Below, piece after piece: positions 1 through 9,490 of a DNA stretch of 61,325 bases. The notes under the pieces were generated by a model, which was given only the letters and a program-made list of their open reading frames with translations, did not search any database and was not told the origin of the DNA. The first letter of the stretch is position 1. Each line of letters begins with the position of its first letter. The DNA is from a virus (Duplodnaviria > Caudoviricetes), in IMG/VR virus record IMGVR_UViG_3300032321_000377, positions 1 to 61,325 of that record, one strand, 5' to 3'. The position numbers were made by a program, and so were the translations under genes.

Positions 1-120
1 GCTGATGCTGGTCGTCGTAAGTCTTTTTGCGCTAGGATGTCTGGTATGCCTGGTCCGATGAAAGATGAGAATGGTAAACCTACTCGTAAGGCTGCAAGTT
101 TAGCAAGGTGGAAATGCTGA
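1..120 (+). CDS. Partial (5'-truncated) small basic phage protein with RRKSFCARM motif
   Basis: Frame 1 reads ADAGRRKSFCARMSGMPGPMKDENGKPTRKAASLARWKC*. Its stop overlaps the next ATG (TGATG). Confidence 0.75.
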   Translation, partial: ADAGRRKSFCARMSGMPGPMKDENGKPTRKAASLARWKC

Positions 121-323
121 TGAAAGACCCATTTATTAACATGGACGAAGCAACAAAACATTTGATTGACTTTGCTTCTATTGCAACCGTACTAGGAACC
201 CTTGCAGATATGTTACCAGCTATTGCCGCTATTTTTACGATAGTCTGGACAGCTATCCGCATCTACGAGACCAAAACAGTACAAGGCTGGTTAGGAAGAA
301 ATAAAGATGCCATCAACAAGTAA
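120..323 (+). CDS. Small membrane protein (holin-like?)
   Basis: Hydrophobic stretch LPAIAAIFTIVWTAI. Start is coupled to the upstream stop. Confidence 0.65.
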   Translation: MKDPFINMDEATKHLIDFASIATVLGTLADMLPAIAAIFTIVWTAIRIYETKTVQGWLGRNKDAINK

Positions 324-654
324 AAAACAACACAACTTTATGGCAGCTATTGCGCACAGCCCAGCATTTGCAAAAAAAGTAGGAGTACCACAATCTGTGG
401 GTAAAGAGTTTAACCAAGCCGATAAAGGCAAAAAATTTAGTAAAGGTGGATCTATGAAACATGATGATATTAAACAAGACATGCCAATGATGAAGAAGGT
501 AGCTGGTATTGAAGCTACTAAAGTAGTTAATAAGCACGAAAAGAAAATGCACGGCATGGCTTCTGGTGGCAAAGTAAGCCAGCTAAATAAAGCTAACGGA
601 ATTGCTGTTAAAGGCAAGTCTAAGGGCACAATTATCAAAATGAAAGGCTGCTAA
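307..654 (+). CDS. Small Lys-rich GG-motif protein (putative internal virion protein)
   Basis: Contains FSKGGSM and MASGGKV. C-terminal tail NGIAVKGKSKG is shared with the next gene. Confidence 0.8.
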   Translation: MPSTSKKQHNFMAAIAHSPAFAKKVGVPQSVGKEFNQADKGKKFSKGGSMKHDDIKQDMPMMKKVAGIEATKVVNKHEKKMHGMASGGKVSQLNKANGIAVKGKSKGTIIKMKGC

Positions 655-656
655 TC

Positions 657-932
657 ATGATGGCCCCAAGCAAACGGGTAGCAAAAAAAGTTACCAAAGA
701 AATGGAATATGACTACAAGACTGGCAAAAAATCTTTTGCTGGGTCTACTGCTAAAAAAGACGCACATGCTGAAAAAGAAGGCAAGCGGGTAGCTAAAGAT
801 TTGGCTTACGATAAGTCAAAGAAAATGGCTAGTGGTGGCAAGGTTGCCCAGCTTAATAAGGCTAACGGTATTGCAGTAAAAGGTAAGTCTAAAGGTACTA
901 ACATTAAGATGAAGCATGGCGGAAAGTGCTAA
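657..932 (+). CDS. Small Lys-rich GG-motif protein
   Basis: MASGGKVAQLNKANGIAVKGKSKGT is nearly identical to the tail of 307..654. Confidence 0.8.
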   Translation: MMAPSKRVAKKVTKEMEYDYKTGKKSFAGSTAKKDAHAEKEGKRVAKDLAYDKSKKMASGGKVAQLNKANGIAVKGKSKGTNIKMKHGGKC

Positions 933-935
933 ATC

Positions 936-1175
936 ATGGCTAAAAACGGGTACGACCAAACTTACGAAGATGACCGCAAAGAAAACGAAGAGACTCGTGC
1001 TTTAGTTAAGAAAGCGGTTATGGCTCCTATTAATGCGGTTAAGCCGAAAGAAACTAAAGCTGACACGGGCGAAACTACTAATCCTATGGGCGATAAATAT
1101 GCTAAAGGCGGTTCAGTTAAATCCGCATCAGCACGTGCTGACGGTATTGCTATTCGTGGTAAGACAAGAGCGTAA
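936..1175 (+). CDS. Small GG-motif protein
   Basis: Ends YAKGGSVKSASARADGIAIRGKTRA. Confidence 0.8.
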   Translation: MAKNGYDQTYEDDRKENEETRALVKKAVMAPINAVKPKETKADTGETTNPMGDKYAKGGSVKSASARADGIAIRGKTRA

Positions 1176-1177
1176 GC

Positions 1178-1477
1178 ATGTTTGATTACTTAGACCCCGC
1201 CGGCTCTATTGCCAACAAGTCTGCAGGTGTTCCTAAGACGGGTGTAACTACGTCTGCGGATCCACAAAACGCTACTGATATGGTTGCTAGTCGTGTTCCT
1301 GGATCTAGTGGTGGTTCTATGTCCCAAGACTTTGCAAACATGAATACGGGTAAAGGCGAAACTGAAGATGAGCGGAAGAAAAGAATAGCCGAACGAGGAT
1401 ACAAAAAGGGTGGTAAGGTTAAATCCGCATCAGCCAGAGCCGATGGTTGCTGCATTAGAGGGAAGACAAGAGCATGA
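1178..1477 (+). CDS. Small GG-motif protein
   Basis: Ends YKKGGKVKSASARADGCCIRGKTRA. Confidence 0.8.
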   Translation: MFDYLDPAGSIANKSAGVPKTGVTTSADPQNATDMVASRVPGSSGGSMSQDFANMNTGKGETEDERKKRIAERGYKKGGKVKSASARADGCCIRGKTRA

Positions 1478-1725
1478 GACCAAGTCGTGGAATGGGCGCT
1501 ATTATGCCCTCTAAAATGGGTCGTGGCGTCGTAAAAGAACGTCGTGACAATACCGATTTTACCCAGTATGCTGAAGGTGGTAAAATTGGGCTATATGAAA
1601 ACATTCATAAAAAGCAAGCACGTATTAAAGCTGGCTCTGGTGAAAAGATGCGTAAGCCTGGGTCTAAAGGTGCGCCTAGCAAAGCGGACTTTATTAAATC
1701 TGCTAAAACAGTGAAGAAAAAATAA
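1474..1725 (+). CDS. Small basic GG-motif protein
   Basis: Contains YAEGGKIGLYENIH. ATGA overlap with the upstream gene. Confidence 0.8.
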   Translation: MRPSRGMGAIMPSKMGRGVVKERRDNTDFTQYAEGGKIGLYENIHKKQARIKAGSGEKMRKPGSKGAPSKADFIKSAKTVKKK

Positions 1726-2675
1726 TGAGTACTACAGGTTTAACAACCTTCAATCTCGATATGAACGACCTCGTAGAAGAGGCGTTTGAGCGTTGTGGCA
1801 AAGAGTTGCGTTCTGGATATGACTTCCGTACTGCTCGTCGCTCCGTCAATATTATGACGATTGAGTGGGCAAACCGTGGTATTAACTTGTGGACAATAGA
1901 GCAAGGTCAGATTTTGATGAATACTGGGCAAGCTATTTACCCCATACCTGTAGACACTATTGACCTGTTAGATACCACAGTGCGTACTAATAACGGTCAA
2001 GGCAACAACCAGATTGACATTAATATTAGCCGTATTAGTGAGTCTACTTACATCACTATCCCCAATAAGAACGCTAATGGTCGTCCTATCCAAGTATGGG
2101 TTAACCGTCAATCAGGCAATTTAGCTAAGATTCCACAAACCACAATAGCTGCTGGGTATCCTATTTCTGATACGGATACTACGATTACCCTGACCAACGT
2201 AACTAATTTACCTACTCAGGGCTTTGTAAACATTACTACAGGTGGTGTAGTTGAAACCATTGGGTATCAAAATATTGTTGGAAATCAAATACTTAACGCT
2301 TGGCGTGGGCAAAATGGCACAACTGCTATTGCTCATGACGCTCTAGATGAAGTATATGTCAACAACTTACCATGTATAAACGTTTGGCCTACCCCTAATT
2401 CGCCTGGTAATCAGTACACCTTTGTTTACTATCGTATGCGCCGTATGCAAGATGCTGGCAATGGTACAGCTACTGAAGACGTCCCGTTCCGTTTTATACC
2501 TTGTATGGCGGCTGGATTAGCCTACCATATTGGGTGCAAGCTACCAGATGTAGATATGAATAGGGTTATGGCTTTAAAACAGATTTATGATGAACAGTTC
2601 CAACTTGCCGCAGATGAAGATAGGGAGAAGGCTCCAGTACGGTTTGTGCCTCGTAACTCGTTCTATTACCGATGA
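1725..2675 (+). CDS. Putative head-tail adaptor protein with inserted beta-rich domain
   Basis: Helical N-terminus (DLVEEAFERCG..ARRSVN..EWANRG) and helical C-terminus (AGLAY..LKQIYDEQFQLA) typical of adaptors. Position after the capsid genes. Confidence 0.6.
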   Translation: MSTTGLTTFNLDMNDLVEEAFERCGKELRSGYDFRTARRSVNIMTIEWANRGINLWTIEQGQILMNTGQAIYPIPVDTIDLLDTTVRTNNGQGNNQIDINISRISESTYITIPNKNANGRPIQVWVNRQSGNLAKIPQTTIAAGYPISDTDTTITLTNVTNLPTQGFVNITTGGVVETIGYQNIVGNQILNAWRGQNGTTAIAHDALDEVYVNNLPCINVWPTPNSPGNQYTFVYYRMRRMQDAGNGTATEDVPFRFIPCMAAGLAYHIGCKLPDVDMNRVMALKQIYDEQFQLAADEDREKAPVRFVPRNSFYYR

Positions 2676-2681
2676 TATGTC

Positions 2682-3113
2682 ATGCCAAGTAAATTTGCTT
2701 CTGGAAAAAATTCAATTGCTGAGTGCGATAGATGCGCACAGCGATACATGCTTAAGGAATTAAGGATACAGATATTAAAGACTAAGCCGTATAGAATTAA
2801 AGTTTGTCCTACTTGTTGGGATCCAGATCAGCCACAGTTATCGTTAGGTTTATACCCTGTGAATGACCCCCAAGCAGTGCGGGAACCAAGGCCTGATGTG
2901 TCTTATTTGCAGTCTGGTAATAACGGGTTACAAACATCTATAACAGGTGGCAATACACCAGAAGGTTTTGGTAATCCTGATATGGGTAGTAGAGTATTTC
3001 AGTGGGGCTGGAATCCTGTGGGTGGTGGGTCAAATTGGCCTCAAACGCCAAATGACTTGGTTTCTGGTGCAGTTTTAGGTACAGTAACGGTAGAAATAAC
3101 AAACAATACTTAG
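2682..3113 (+). CDS. Zn-finger (CDRC...CPTC) virion-region protein
   Basis: Two CxxC pairs; lies in the structural operon. Confidence 0.7.
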   Translation: MPSKFASGKNSIAECDRCAQRYMLKELRIQILKTKPYRIKVCPTCWDPDQPQLSLGLYPVNDPQAVREPRPDVSYLQSGNNGLQTSITGGNTPEGFGNPDMGSRVFQWGWNPVGGGSNWPQTPNDLVSGAVLGTVTVEITNNT

Positions 3114-3122
3114 GAGTAAATT

Positions 3123-3308
3123 ATGGGATTTAGAAAAACAGCTGACGGCATTACAAAAACGGGTAAAACCAAAGGTCGCAACCTTGGCGATTCAGGCCCA
3201 GTATTAGGCATTGAAAATGGCCCTAAGAAAAGCACTAGCAAATTAAACAAAGACATGAAGCTAATGGGTCGTGGATTAGCTAAAATTGCAAACCAGAAAA
3301 GAGGCTAA
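3123..3308 (+). CDS. Small basic protein with ADGxxxxGKTKG motif
   Basis: SD AGGAG. N-terminal ADGITKTGKTKG resembles the tails of the 307-1477 proteins. Confidence 0.75.
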   Translation: MGFRKTADGITKTGKTKGRNLGDSGPVLGIENGPKKSTSKLNKDMKLMGRGLAKIANQKRG

Positions 3309-3310
3309 TC

Positions 3311-3646
3311 ATGGCTAAGAACGATTTTCCAAAAGTTATGCCAGCTGAGAAGTATCCTCTAGGTCACGCTAAAGAGAACAAATCTGCTGATGCTTATACA
3401 GGCTTTGTATATCCTACTGGTGGTGGTAATGATATTGGTGTATATAAGCAACCAATGCCGAACCCTAATGGCGACGAAAAAGCTGCTATTGTTAAACCTG
3501 GTAAAAATGGCGTTAATGACGTTAATATGTCTGTTGCTGGTATTAGTAAAGGCAACTACACACCAGATAATAAGTATGGTGAGAAGACTATGCGTGGTTA
3601 TGGCGCTGCTACTAAGGGCATTAAAACCCGTGGACCAATGGCATAA
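3311..3646 (+). CDS. Small protein ending RGYGAATKGIKTRG
   Basis: SD GAGG. Basic Gly-rich tail related to the small-protein cluster. Confidence 0.75.
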   Translation: MAKNDFPKVMPAEKYPLGHAKENKSADAYTGFVYPTGGGNDIGVYKQPMPNPNGDEKAAIVKPGKNGVNDVNMSVAGISKGNYTPDNKYGEKTMRGYGAATKGIKTRGPMA

Positions 3647-3649
3647 GCT

Positions 3650-4558
3650 ATGAATTACCAGCAGCTATCCCAAGCAATACAAGATTACACTGAGTCTACA
3701 GAGCAGTTATTTGTATACAACATACCTAATTTTGTGCAACTTTGTGAGGAGCGTGTTTATAACGCTGTTCAGATACCTGCTATTCGTAAAAACGTTATTG
3801 GCACCTTTACAGATGGGGATCATTATTTAGCCCTTCCTTCTGACTATTTAGCCTCATTCTCCCTTGCAGTTATTGATGCAGACGGAAATTATGAGTACTT
3901 AATTGACAAAGACGTTAACTTTATTCGCCAGGCTTACCCCAACGCTACTACTGATACAGGTATTCCTAGGTATTACGCTCAATTTAAACCGTATACATAC
4001 CTTATTGGGCCGACCCCAGACGATAGTTATCAAACTGAACTTCATTACTATTACTATCCTACTACCATTGTTCAAGGCGGTATTGCTGGCTTTGGCGCAA
4101 TTACAGGCGGCTCTGGATATACCGATGGTATATATGAAAACGTAGCGTTAACAGGCGGCAATGGGCTTAATGCAACTGCAACTATCACCGTATCTGGTGG
4201 ATCTGTAACTGCGCTAACTATAGTTAGTCCTGGAAGTTTATACCTTTTAAATAACATACTAAGCGCCACTACCGCTACAATAGGTGGTACTGGAAGTGGA
4301 TTTTCTGTACTTATAAATAATATTCAAAATGCGGCTGGTACTTCTTGGCTTGGCGATAATTTTGAAACTGTTTTGTTATACGGTTCGTTACGTGAGGCTG
4401 TAATCTTCCAAAAGGGAGAGCAGGATATGGTTACGTATTACGAACAGAAATACCAAGAATCATTAGCGTTGCTCAAAGAATTGGGTGATGGTAAAGATAG
4501 ACGCAGTGCCTACCGTGATGGACAACTTAGACTGCCCGTACCTGGGCCTGTTAGATAA
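3650..4558 (+). CDS. Putative second adaptor/tail tubular protein with Gly/Thr-rich insertion
   Basis: MNYQQL..IQDY N-terminus, G-x-P-x-YYA and PTPD..Y motifs, WL..LLYGSL.EA C-terminus. Insert GGSGYT... Confidence 0.6.
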   Translation: MNYQQLSQAIQDYTESTEQLFVYNIPNFVQLCEERVYNAVQIPAIRKNVIGTFTDGDHYLALPSDYLASFSLAVIDADGNYEYLIDKDVNFIRQAYPNATTDTGIPRYYAQFKPYTYLIGPTPDDSYQTELHYYYYPTTIVQGGIAGFGAITGGSGYTDGIYENVALTGGNGLNATATITVSGGSVTALTIVSPGSLYLLNNILSATTATIGGTGSGFSVLINNIQNAAGTSWLGDNFETVLLYGSLREAVIFQKGEQDMVTYYEQKYQESLALLKELGDGKDRRSAYRDGQLRLPVPGPVR

Positions 4559-4575
4559 TTTTTTAGGAGCAAAAA

Positions 4576-5007
4576 ATGGCAATTACCCAAGCAATGGCAA
4601 CATCATTCAAAGTCCAACTTTTGAATGGCGAGCAAAACTTTTCAGCAAACACTTTTAAATTAGCCCTGTATACCAGCTCAGCTACTTTAAATGAGAATAC
4701 AACTGCATATTCTGCAAGCAATGAAGTGCCTTCAACAGGTAACTACAGTGCTGGCGGCAATACTTTAGCGGTTAGCGTAACCCCAACAAATACTGGAAAC
4801 GTAGCCTTTATCTCGTTTACCAATACTACTTGGTCGAATGCAACTATTACCGCTAATGGCGCTTTGATCTATAACAGCACTAATGCTAATGCAGCCGTTG
4901 CTGTACTATCTTTTGGTGGTGATAAGACTTCAACCAACGGTACGTTCGCAGTGAACTTCCCGACAGCAGATGCAAGCAGCGCTATTATCCGTTTGACCGC
5001 TAGTTAA
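4576..5007 (+). CDS. Tail structural protein
   Basis: SD AGGAG. Beta-rich Asn/Thr/Ala protein (FKLALYT..GNYSAGG..ALIYN) immediately before the fibre gene. Confidence 0.65.
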   Translation: MAITQAMATSFKVQLLNGEQNFSANTFKLALYTSSATLNENTTAYSASNEVPSTGNYSAGGNTLAVSVTPTNTGNVAFISFTNTTWSNATITANGALIYNSTNANAAVAVLSFGGDKTSTNGTFAVNFPTADASSAIIRLTAS

Positions 5008-5020
5008 TTAGGGAGGCCGT

Positions 5021-7177
5021 ATGGCTTTAGTTCTAAAAGATAGGGTCAAAGAATCCAGCTCTAGCACTGGTACTGGGAGTATTACGCTTGGCGGAGCCAT
5101 TCCTGGCTATCAAACGTTTAATGCTGCTATAGCTAATGGTTCTACTGTTTACTACTGTATTCACAACTTAGCTGTTGGGTATGATACCGAGTGGGAAGTT
5201 GGTCTTGGTACGTTTACAGCTCCAGCTACATTAGCTAGAACTACAATTCTTTCCTCATCTAATGCAGGATCGGCAGTTAATTTTACTGCAGGCGCTAATG
5301 GGCTTGAGGTATTTGTTACTCAACCAGCAGAACAAGCACTGTATACCAATCAAGCTACAGGGTTAGTTGAATCATCTGGTAATGGAGCAAACAGCATTTC
5401 TTTCGTTGCTGTTACTTCTAATTTATTTACTGGTAATGCCTCAGCTTTAACTACTATTAATGCTTCTAATATCTCTAGTGGAACCATAGACAACGCTCGT
5501 ACTACAGCTGCTTCCGCTAACGGGGCTTCTACTATTGTCCTGCGAGATGCTAACGGGTCTTTTGCAGGGAATGTAATCACAGGAACAACAGGAACCTTTA
5601 CAAATATTTCTGGTAACGGCACTTCTTTAACCGCAATTAATGCCTCTAACATCTCAAGTGGCACAATTGGTAATGCTTACACCACAGCCAACGCTTCTAA
5701 TGGGGCTGCTACGATTGTCTTGCGTGGAGCATCTGGCGAGTTTGCTGCGGGTGCAATAACAGGGGCTTCTTTCTCTGGTAACGGGGTAGCTCTAACAGCT
5801 ATTAATGCCTCAAACATTAGTTCAGGAACTTTAGATAATGCTAGAACAACGGCAGCTACAGCTAATGGTGCTTCCACTATCGTGCTTCGTGATGCTAACG
5901 GCTCATTTGCTGGAAACGTAATAACAGGTACTACTGGAACCTTTACTTCTGTGTCTGGTAACGGGGTAGCTCTAACAGCTATTAACGCATCCAATATTAG
6001 TTCAGGAACCATAGACAACGCCAGAACAACAGCTTCTTCTTCCAACGGAGCTAGTACTATCGTTGCTAGAGACTCTAACGGCAGCTTCTCAGCTAATGTG
6101 GGTACGTTTACTTCTATTTCAGGTAATGCAACTTCCATTACAAACATTAACGCCTCTAACATTACTAGCGGCACAATCAATAACGCCTACACAACAGCCT
6201 CTTCTTCTAACGGAGCCTCTACGATTGTTCTTCGAGGTACTTCTGGTGAGTTTGCTGCAGGTGTAATTACCGCAGATGGTTCAGCTATTTCAGCTATTAA
6301 CGCCTCAAACATCTCTAGTGGAACTGTAAATACAGCCCGCCTTGGTTCTGGTACAGCAAACTCTACTACTTATTTAGCAGGTGATTCAACTTGGCAAGCT
6401 ATATCAGTACCAGCATCTCCAATTCCAGCGGGTTCCGTAATGCTGTTTTATCAAGCTGCAGCACCTTCTGGATGGACACAAGTCACTACGGTTGGTTTAA
6501 ATGATTCTGCATTAAGAATTGTTACTGGCACTGGTGGAACAACTGGCGGTACAAGTGCATTTAGCGCAGTATTTACTAACCAAACCCCAACAGGGACTGT
6601 AAGCACAACTACTGCTAACACAACTGCAACAATGGTGTCTTACACTCCAGCAGGTACATTATCAGTTACTGTGGGTGCAGGAACTTTGGCGGCTGGTAAT
6701 GGTACTTTGGCAGCTAGTAATGGTACTTTAGCAGCTACAGCTGGTTCGTTGGCGGTAGGTGCTGGAACATTTGCGGTTGGAGCAACTACACTTTCTACTA
6801 CACAAATACCAAGCCACACTCATCCACAACCCGTTTCAGATAATAATGATGGCGGTAACAACCCAAGTTCCTTCCCTGGTACTGGCGGTGCTAGAGGAAC
6901 AAATTACCCTAATAATACTGGTGGCGGTGGTTCACATACGCACGGCCTTACTGGCGCTCCAAGTATTTCTGGAACTCCAGGACTTTCTGGTTCTGTATCT
7001 CTTACTGGCTCTGTATCACTTTCTGGTAGCCCAAGCGTAACTGGTCAATCATTTACTGGTACTGCGGCAACTTTGACACAAAACGCCCACAACCATACTG
7101 CTTCAAGTTCATTTACTGGTAGTGCTTTAACTTTAAATGTTAAATATGTTGATATTATTATATGTTCTAAAAACTAA
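5021..7177 (+). CDS. Tail fibre protein with internal repeats and collar-like C-terminal domain
   Basis: LKDRVKE N-terminus, six INASNI(S/T)SGT repeats, PAGSVMLFYQAAAPSGW collar motif, HTH/HNH motifs in the tip. Confidence 0.85.
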   Translation: MALVLKDRVKESSSSTGTGSITLGGAIPGYQTFNAAIANGSTVYYCIHNLAVGYDTEWEVGLGTFTAPATLARTTILSSSNAGSAVNFTAGANGLEVFVTQPAEQALYTNQATGLVESSGNGANSISFVAVTSNLFTGNASALTTINASNISSGTIDNARTTAASANGASTIVLRDANGSFAGNVITGTTGTFTNISGNGTSLTAINASNISSGTIGNAYTTANASNGAATIVLRGASGEFAAGAITGASFSGNGVALTAINASNISSGTLDNARTTAATANGASTIVLRDANGSFAGNVITGTTGTFTSVSGNGVALTAINASNISSGTIDNARTTASSSNGASTIVARDSNGSFSANVGTFTSISGNATSITNINASNITSGTINNAYTTASSSNGASTIVLRGTSGEFAAGVITADGSAISAINASNISSGTVNTARLGSGTANSTTYLAGDSTWQAISVPASPIPAGSVMLFYQAAAPSGWTQVTTVGLNDSALRIVTGTGGTTGGTSAFSAVFTNQTPTGTVSTTTANTTATMVSYTPAGTLSVTVGAGTLAAGNGTLAASNGTLAATAGSLAVGAGTFAVGATTLSTTQIPSHTHPQPVSDNNDGGNNPSSFPGTGGARGTNYPNNTGGGGSHTHGLTGAPSISGTPGLSGSVSLTGSVSLSGSPSVTGQSFTGTAATLTQNAHNHTASSSFTGSALTLNVKYVDIIICSKN
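5456..6325 (+). repeat. Tandem 50-60 aa coding repeats in the tail fibre
   Basis: Units begin near 5456, 5636, 5801, 5981, 6146 and 6296. Identical DNA tctggtaacggggtagctctaacagctattaa occurs near 5774 and 5954. Confidence 0.85.
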
Positions 7178-7189
7178 CTAGAGGAAAAA

Positions 7190-7510
7190 GTGAAACTAGA
7201 ATCTAAATCAAACTGTCCATTAAATAATTTTGAACCTTGTAAACTTTGGGAATGTGCTTGGTTTATTGAAATTAAAGGAAAACATCCGCAAACTGGAACA
7301 GATATAAATGACTGGGGATGTTCAATAGCTTGGCTTCCTGTAATGATGATCGAAAACAGTTTACAACAACGTCACACAGGTGCGGCAATAGAAAGTTTTA
7401 GAAATGAAATGGTAAAAGCAAACGAAATGTCACAAAAAGTTTTGCTTGAAACAGCAAAAGCAACACATAGTAGTAACGATGAACTTAAGTACATTGAGAG
7501 CAGCAAATGA
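7190..7510 (+). CDS. Cys-rich fibre-associated hypothetical protein
   Basis: CPL..C...CAWF...CSIAWLP followed by a coiled coil. SD GAGG, GTG start. Confidence 0.75.
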   Translation: MKLESKSNCPLNNFEPCKLWECAWFIEIKGKHPQTGTDINDWGCSIAWLPVMMIENSLQQRHTGAAIESFRNEMVKANEMSQKVLLETAKATHSSNDELKYIESSK

Positions 7511-7827
7511 ATTTAACAATTATTAATGAAGATAATGCCGTTTATTTAGATGGCTGGGCTTTGGCTGGATTAAATTTATCTACTTGTGGTATACCTGAAA
7601 ATGTTCATGCTTTGCAATGGAAAGTTAATCTTGGATGGATTGAATATAAAAGTAATGCAGATTTTACAAAACCAGCAAATCAAGTAATTAATCAATTGCC
7701 TGATTGGGCTAATAACTGCGTAATTACTTTTAACAATCAAATTGCAGAAAATCAAGCGGTAGAAGCACAGGCAATAGAAATAGCATCAAGAAATCAACCA
7801 ACTTCCACTGGAACGCAAACATTATGA
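7507..7827 (+). CDS. Tail fibre assembly-like protein (paralog of 8143..8598 N-domain)
   Basis: LTII..D.AVY...VHALQW...GWIE...LP.WANN is shared with 8143..8598. Confidence 0.7.
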   Translation: MNLTIINEDNAVYLDGWALAGLNLSTCGIPENVHALQWKVNLGWIEYKSNADFTKPANQVINQLPDWANNCVITFNNQIAENQAVEAQAIEIASRNQPTSTGTQTL

Positions 7828-8129
7828 GCAATACCATGCCGCAAAGTAAAGTAATAAATGTGCCACCTGCGCATAGCCTTACTTATGATGGCGCTACTTT
7901 AAACATATTTCACGTAAATAAAGGTGAAGGTTTAGCTGCTCACGCCCATCTTTATGCTCATGCCACTATGTGTATGGCTGGTTCTTGCGCTGTTCGCAAA
8001 GAAGGCAAAGAAGTGATAATGAATAAAAATACTCAACCTATTAATTTGATTGCTATTGATTGGCATGAAATCGAAGCGTTGGAAGGTGGCACAGTATTTG
8101 CTAATTTGTTTGCAGAAGTCAAACGATAA
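7824..8129 (+). CDS. Cupin-fold protein
   Basis: GEGLAAHAHLYAH and WHEIEALEGGTVF match the two cupin His motifs. Confidence 0.7.
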   Translation: MSNTMPQSKVINVPPAHSLTYDGATLNIFHVNKGEGLAAHAHLYAHATMCMAGSCAVRKEGKEVIMNKNTQPINLIAIDWHEIEALEGGTVFANLFAEVKR

Positions 8130-8142
8130 AAAAGGAAATAAA

Positions 8143-8598
8143 ATGCGTTTAACTATTATTCCTATTGATGGCGCAGTTTATGAAAACGAAGTTTGTTATT
8201 CAGGTTTAACTTGGGATGGCACCCCAATTGATGTTCATGCACTTCAATGGCTTGATGTAAGTGGCTGGATTGAATTTAACGATGGCAAGTCAAACGAAAC
8301 CATTACAGAATTGCCACAATGGGCAAATAATGCAATGGATGCTTGGACCATAGCTAATACACCAGTACCACCTACACCCCCAACTGCTAATCAAAATAAA
8401 TTAAACGCATCACAAAAACTTTATGAAACCGATTGGACAACCATTCCTGATGTTTCTGATCTTACAAAAAGCAATCCATATTTAACTAATATTGATGAAT
8501 TTTTGACATACAGAAATGCAGTAAGACAATATGCAATTAATCCTATTGCTGGAAATATTGATTGGCCTACTGTTCCAACTGCAACTTGGTCCAAATAA
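8143..8598 (+). CDS. Tail fibre assembly chaperone
   Basis: SD AAGGA before ATG 8143. C-terminal TDWT..PD...YRNAVR...WP.VP resembles phage tail assembly chaperones. Confidence 0.75.
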   Translation: MRLTIIPIDGAVYENEVCYSGLTWDGTPIDVHALQWLDVSGWIEFNDGKSNETITELPQWANNAMDAWTIANTPVPPTPPTANQNKLNASQKLYETDWTTIPDVSDLTKSNPYLTNIDEFLTYRNAVRQYAINPIAGNIDWPTVPTATWSK

Positions 8599-8608
8599 AG
8601 GCTAGCTA

Positions 8609-9481
8609 ATGAGTTTTGCTGGCTTTCCCTTCTCTGGCGCTCCGTTTGCTGGAACTGGCGATGCTAGCCAAGGCATTACGGTTCAGCTTACTGGTGTCTA
8701 TGCGGTAGGGGTAGTTGGTGATGTAAATTTTAATACCGATCAAAATATTGATGTAACAGGTATAAATGCTGTAGGTGTGGTTGGTACTGTAATAGTTATT
8801 GCCGAAAGTAATGTCGACCTGACTGGCGTATATGCCATAGGTCAAGTTGGTAATACTTCAGAAACGGGTACTGCCGTTGTTGATTTGACTGGTGTATATG
8901 CTATTGGTCAAATTGGTGATGTAGATGTTGCTGCTAATGCGGATGTATTTGCAGATGGTGTTTCTACAATAGGTAGAATTGGCAATGTAGATATTAATAC
9001 TGACCAGATTTTAGATGTAACAGGCGTTACTGCAATAGGCGTTATTGGAGATTATGAGGTTAATGGTTCTGTAATTATTAATCTTGATGGCGTTTCTGCA
9101 ATTGGCGCCATAGGCAATGTAACTATAAATGCTGGTAGTGGTGTAAATGTAACTGGAGTTAAAGCCGTTGGCAAAGTTGGTAATGTAGGCATTATTGGCA
9201 ATGCAGTAGTTAATCTAACAGGTGTTTATGCAGTAGGTCAACTAGGTAATGTAACAGTCTCGGCTGGGGCAAACGTTAATTTAACGGGCGTTTTTGCAGT
9301 TGGAAACGTTGGTAATGTAACCGTTAATGCCGATGCAGTAGTTAACTTGACTGGAGTTAAAACGGTTGTTAGACTGAATAGGGTTAATGTTTGGGGCATT
9401 ATAAATACAGATCAAAATGCAAATTGGGGCGATATTAGTACATCGCAGACCCCAAATTGGACAGATGTAGTAGCAGCTTAA
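8609..9481 (+). CDS. Repetitive beta-structured tail protein
   Basis: About 11 copies of a 23-aa unit V.LTGV.A.G.VG.V. Confidence 0.8.
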   Translation: MSFAGFPFSGAPFAGTGDASQGITVQLTGVYAVGVVGDVNFNTDQNIDVTGINAVGVVGTVIVIAESNVDLTGVYAIGQVGNTSETGTAVVDLTGVYAIGQIGDVDVAANADVFADGVSTIGRIGNVDINTDQILDVTGVTAIGVIGDYEVNGSVIINLDGVSAIGAIGNVTINAGSGVNVTGVKAVGKVGNVGIIGNAVVNLTGVYAVGQLGNVTVSAGANVNLTGVFAVGNVGNVTVNADAVVNLTGVKTVVRLNRVNVWGIINTDQNANWGDISTSQTPNWTDVVAA

Positions 9482-9490
9482 GGATAAATT

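Noticed and set aside
5350-6180. Long minus-strand ORFs opposite the tail fibre (and similar ones opposite other genes)
   Set aside because: Antisense shadows of biased-codon genes, with no RBS or motifs.
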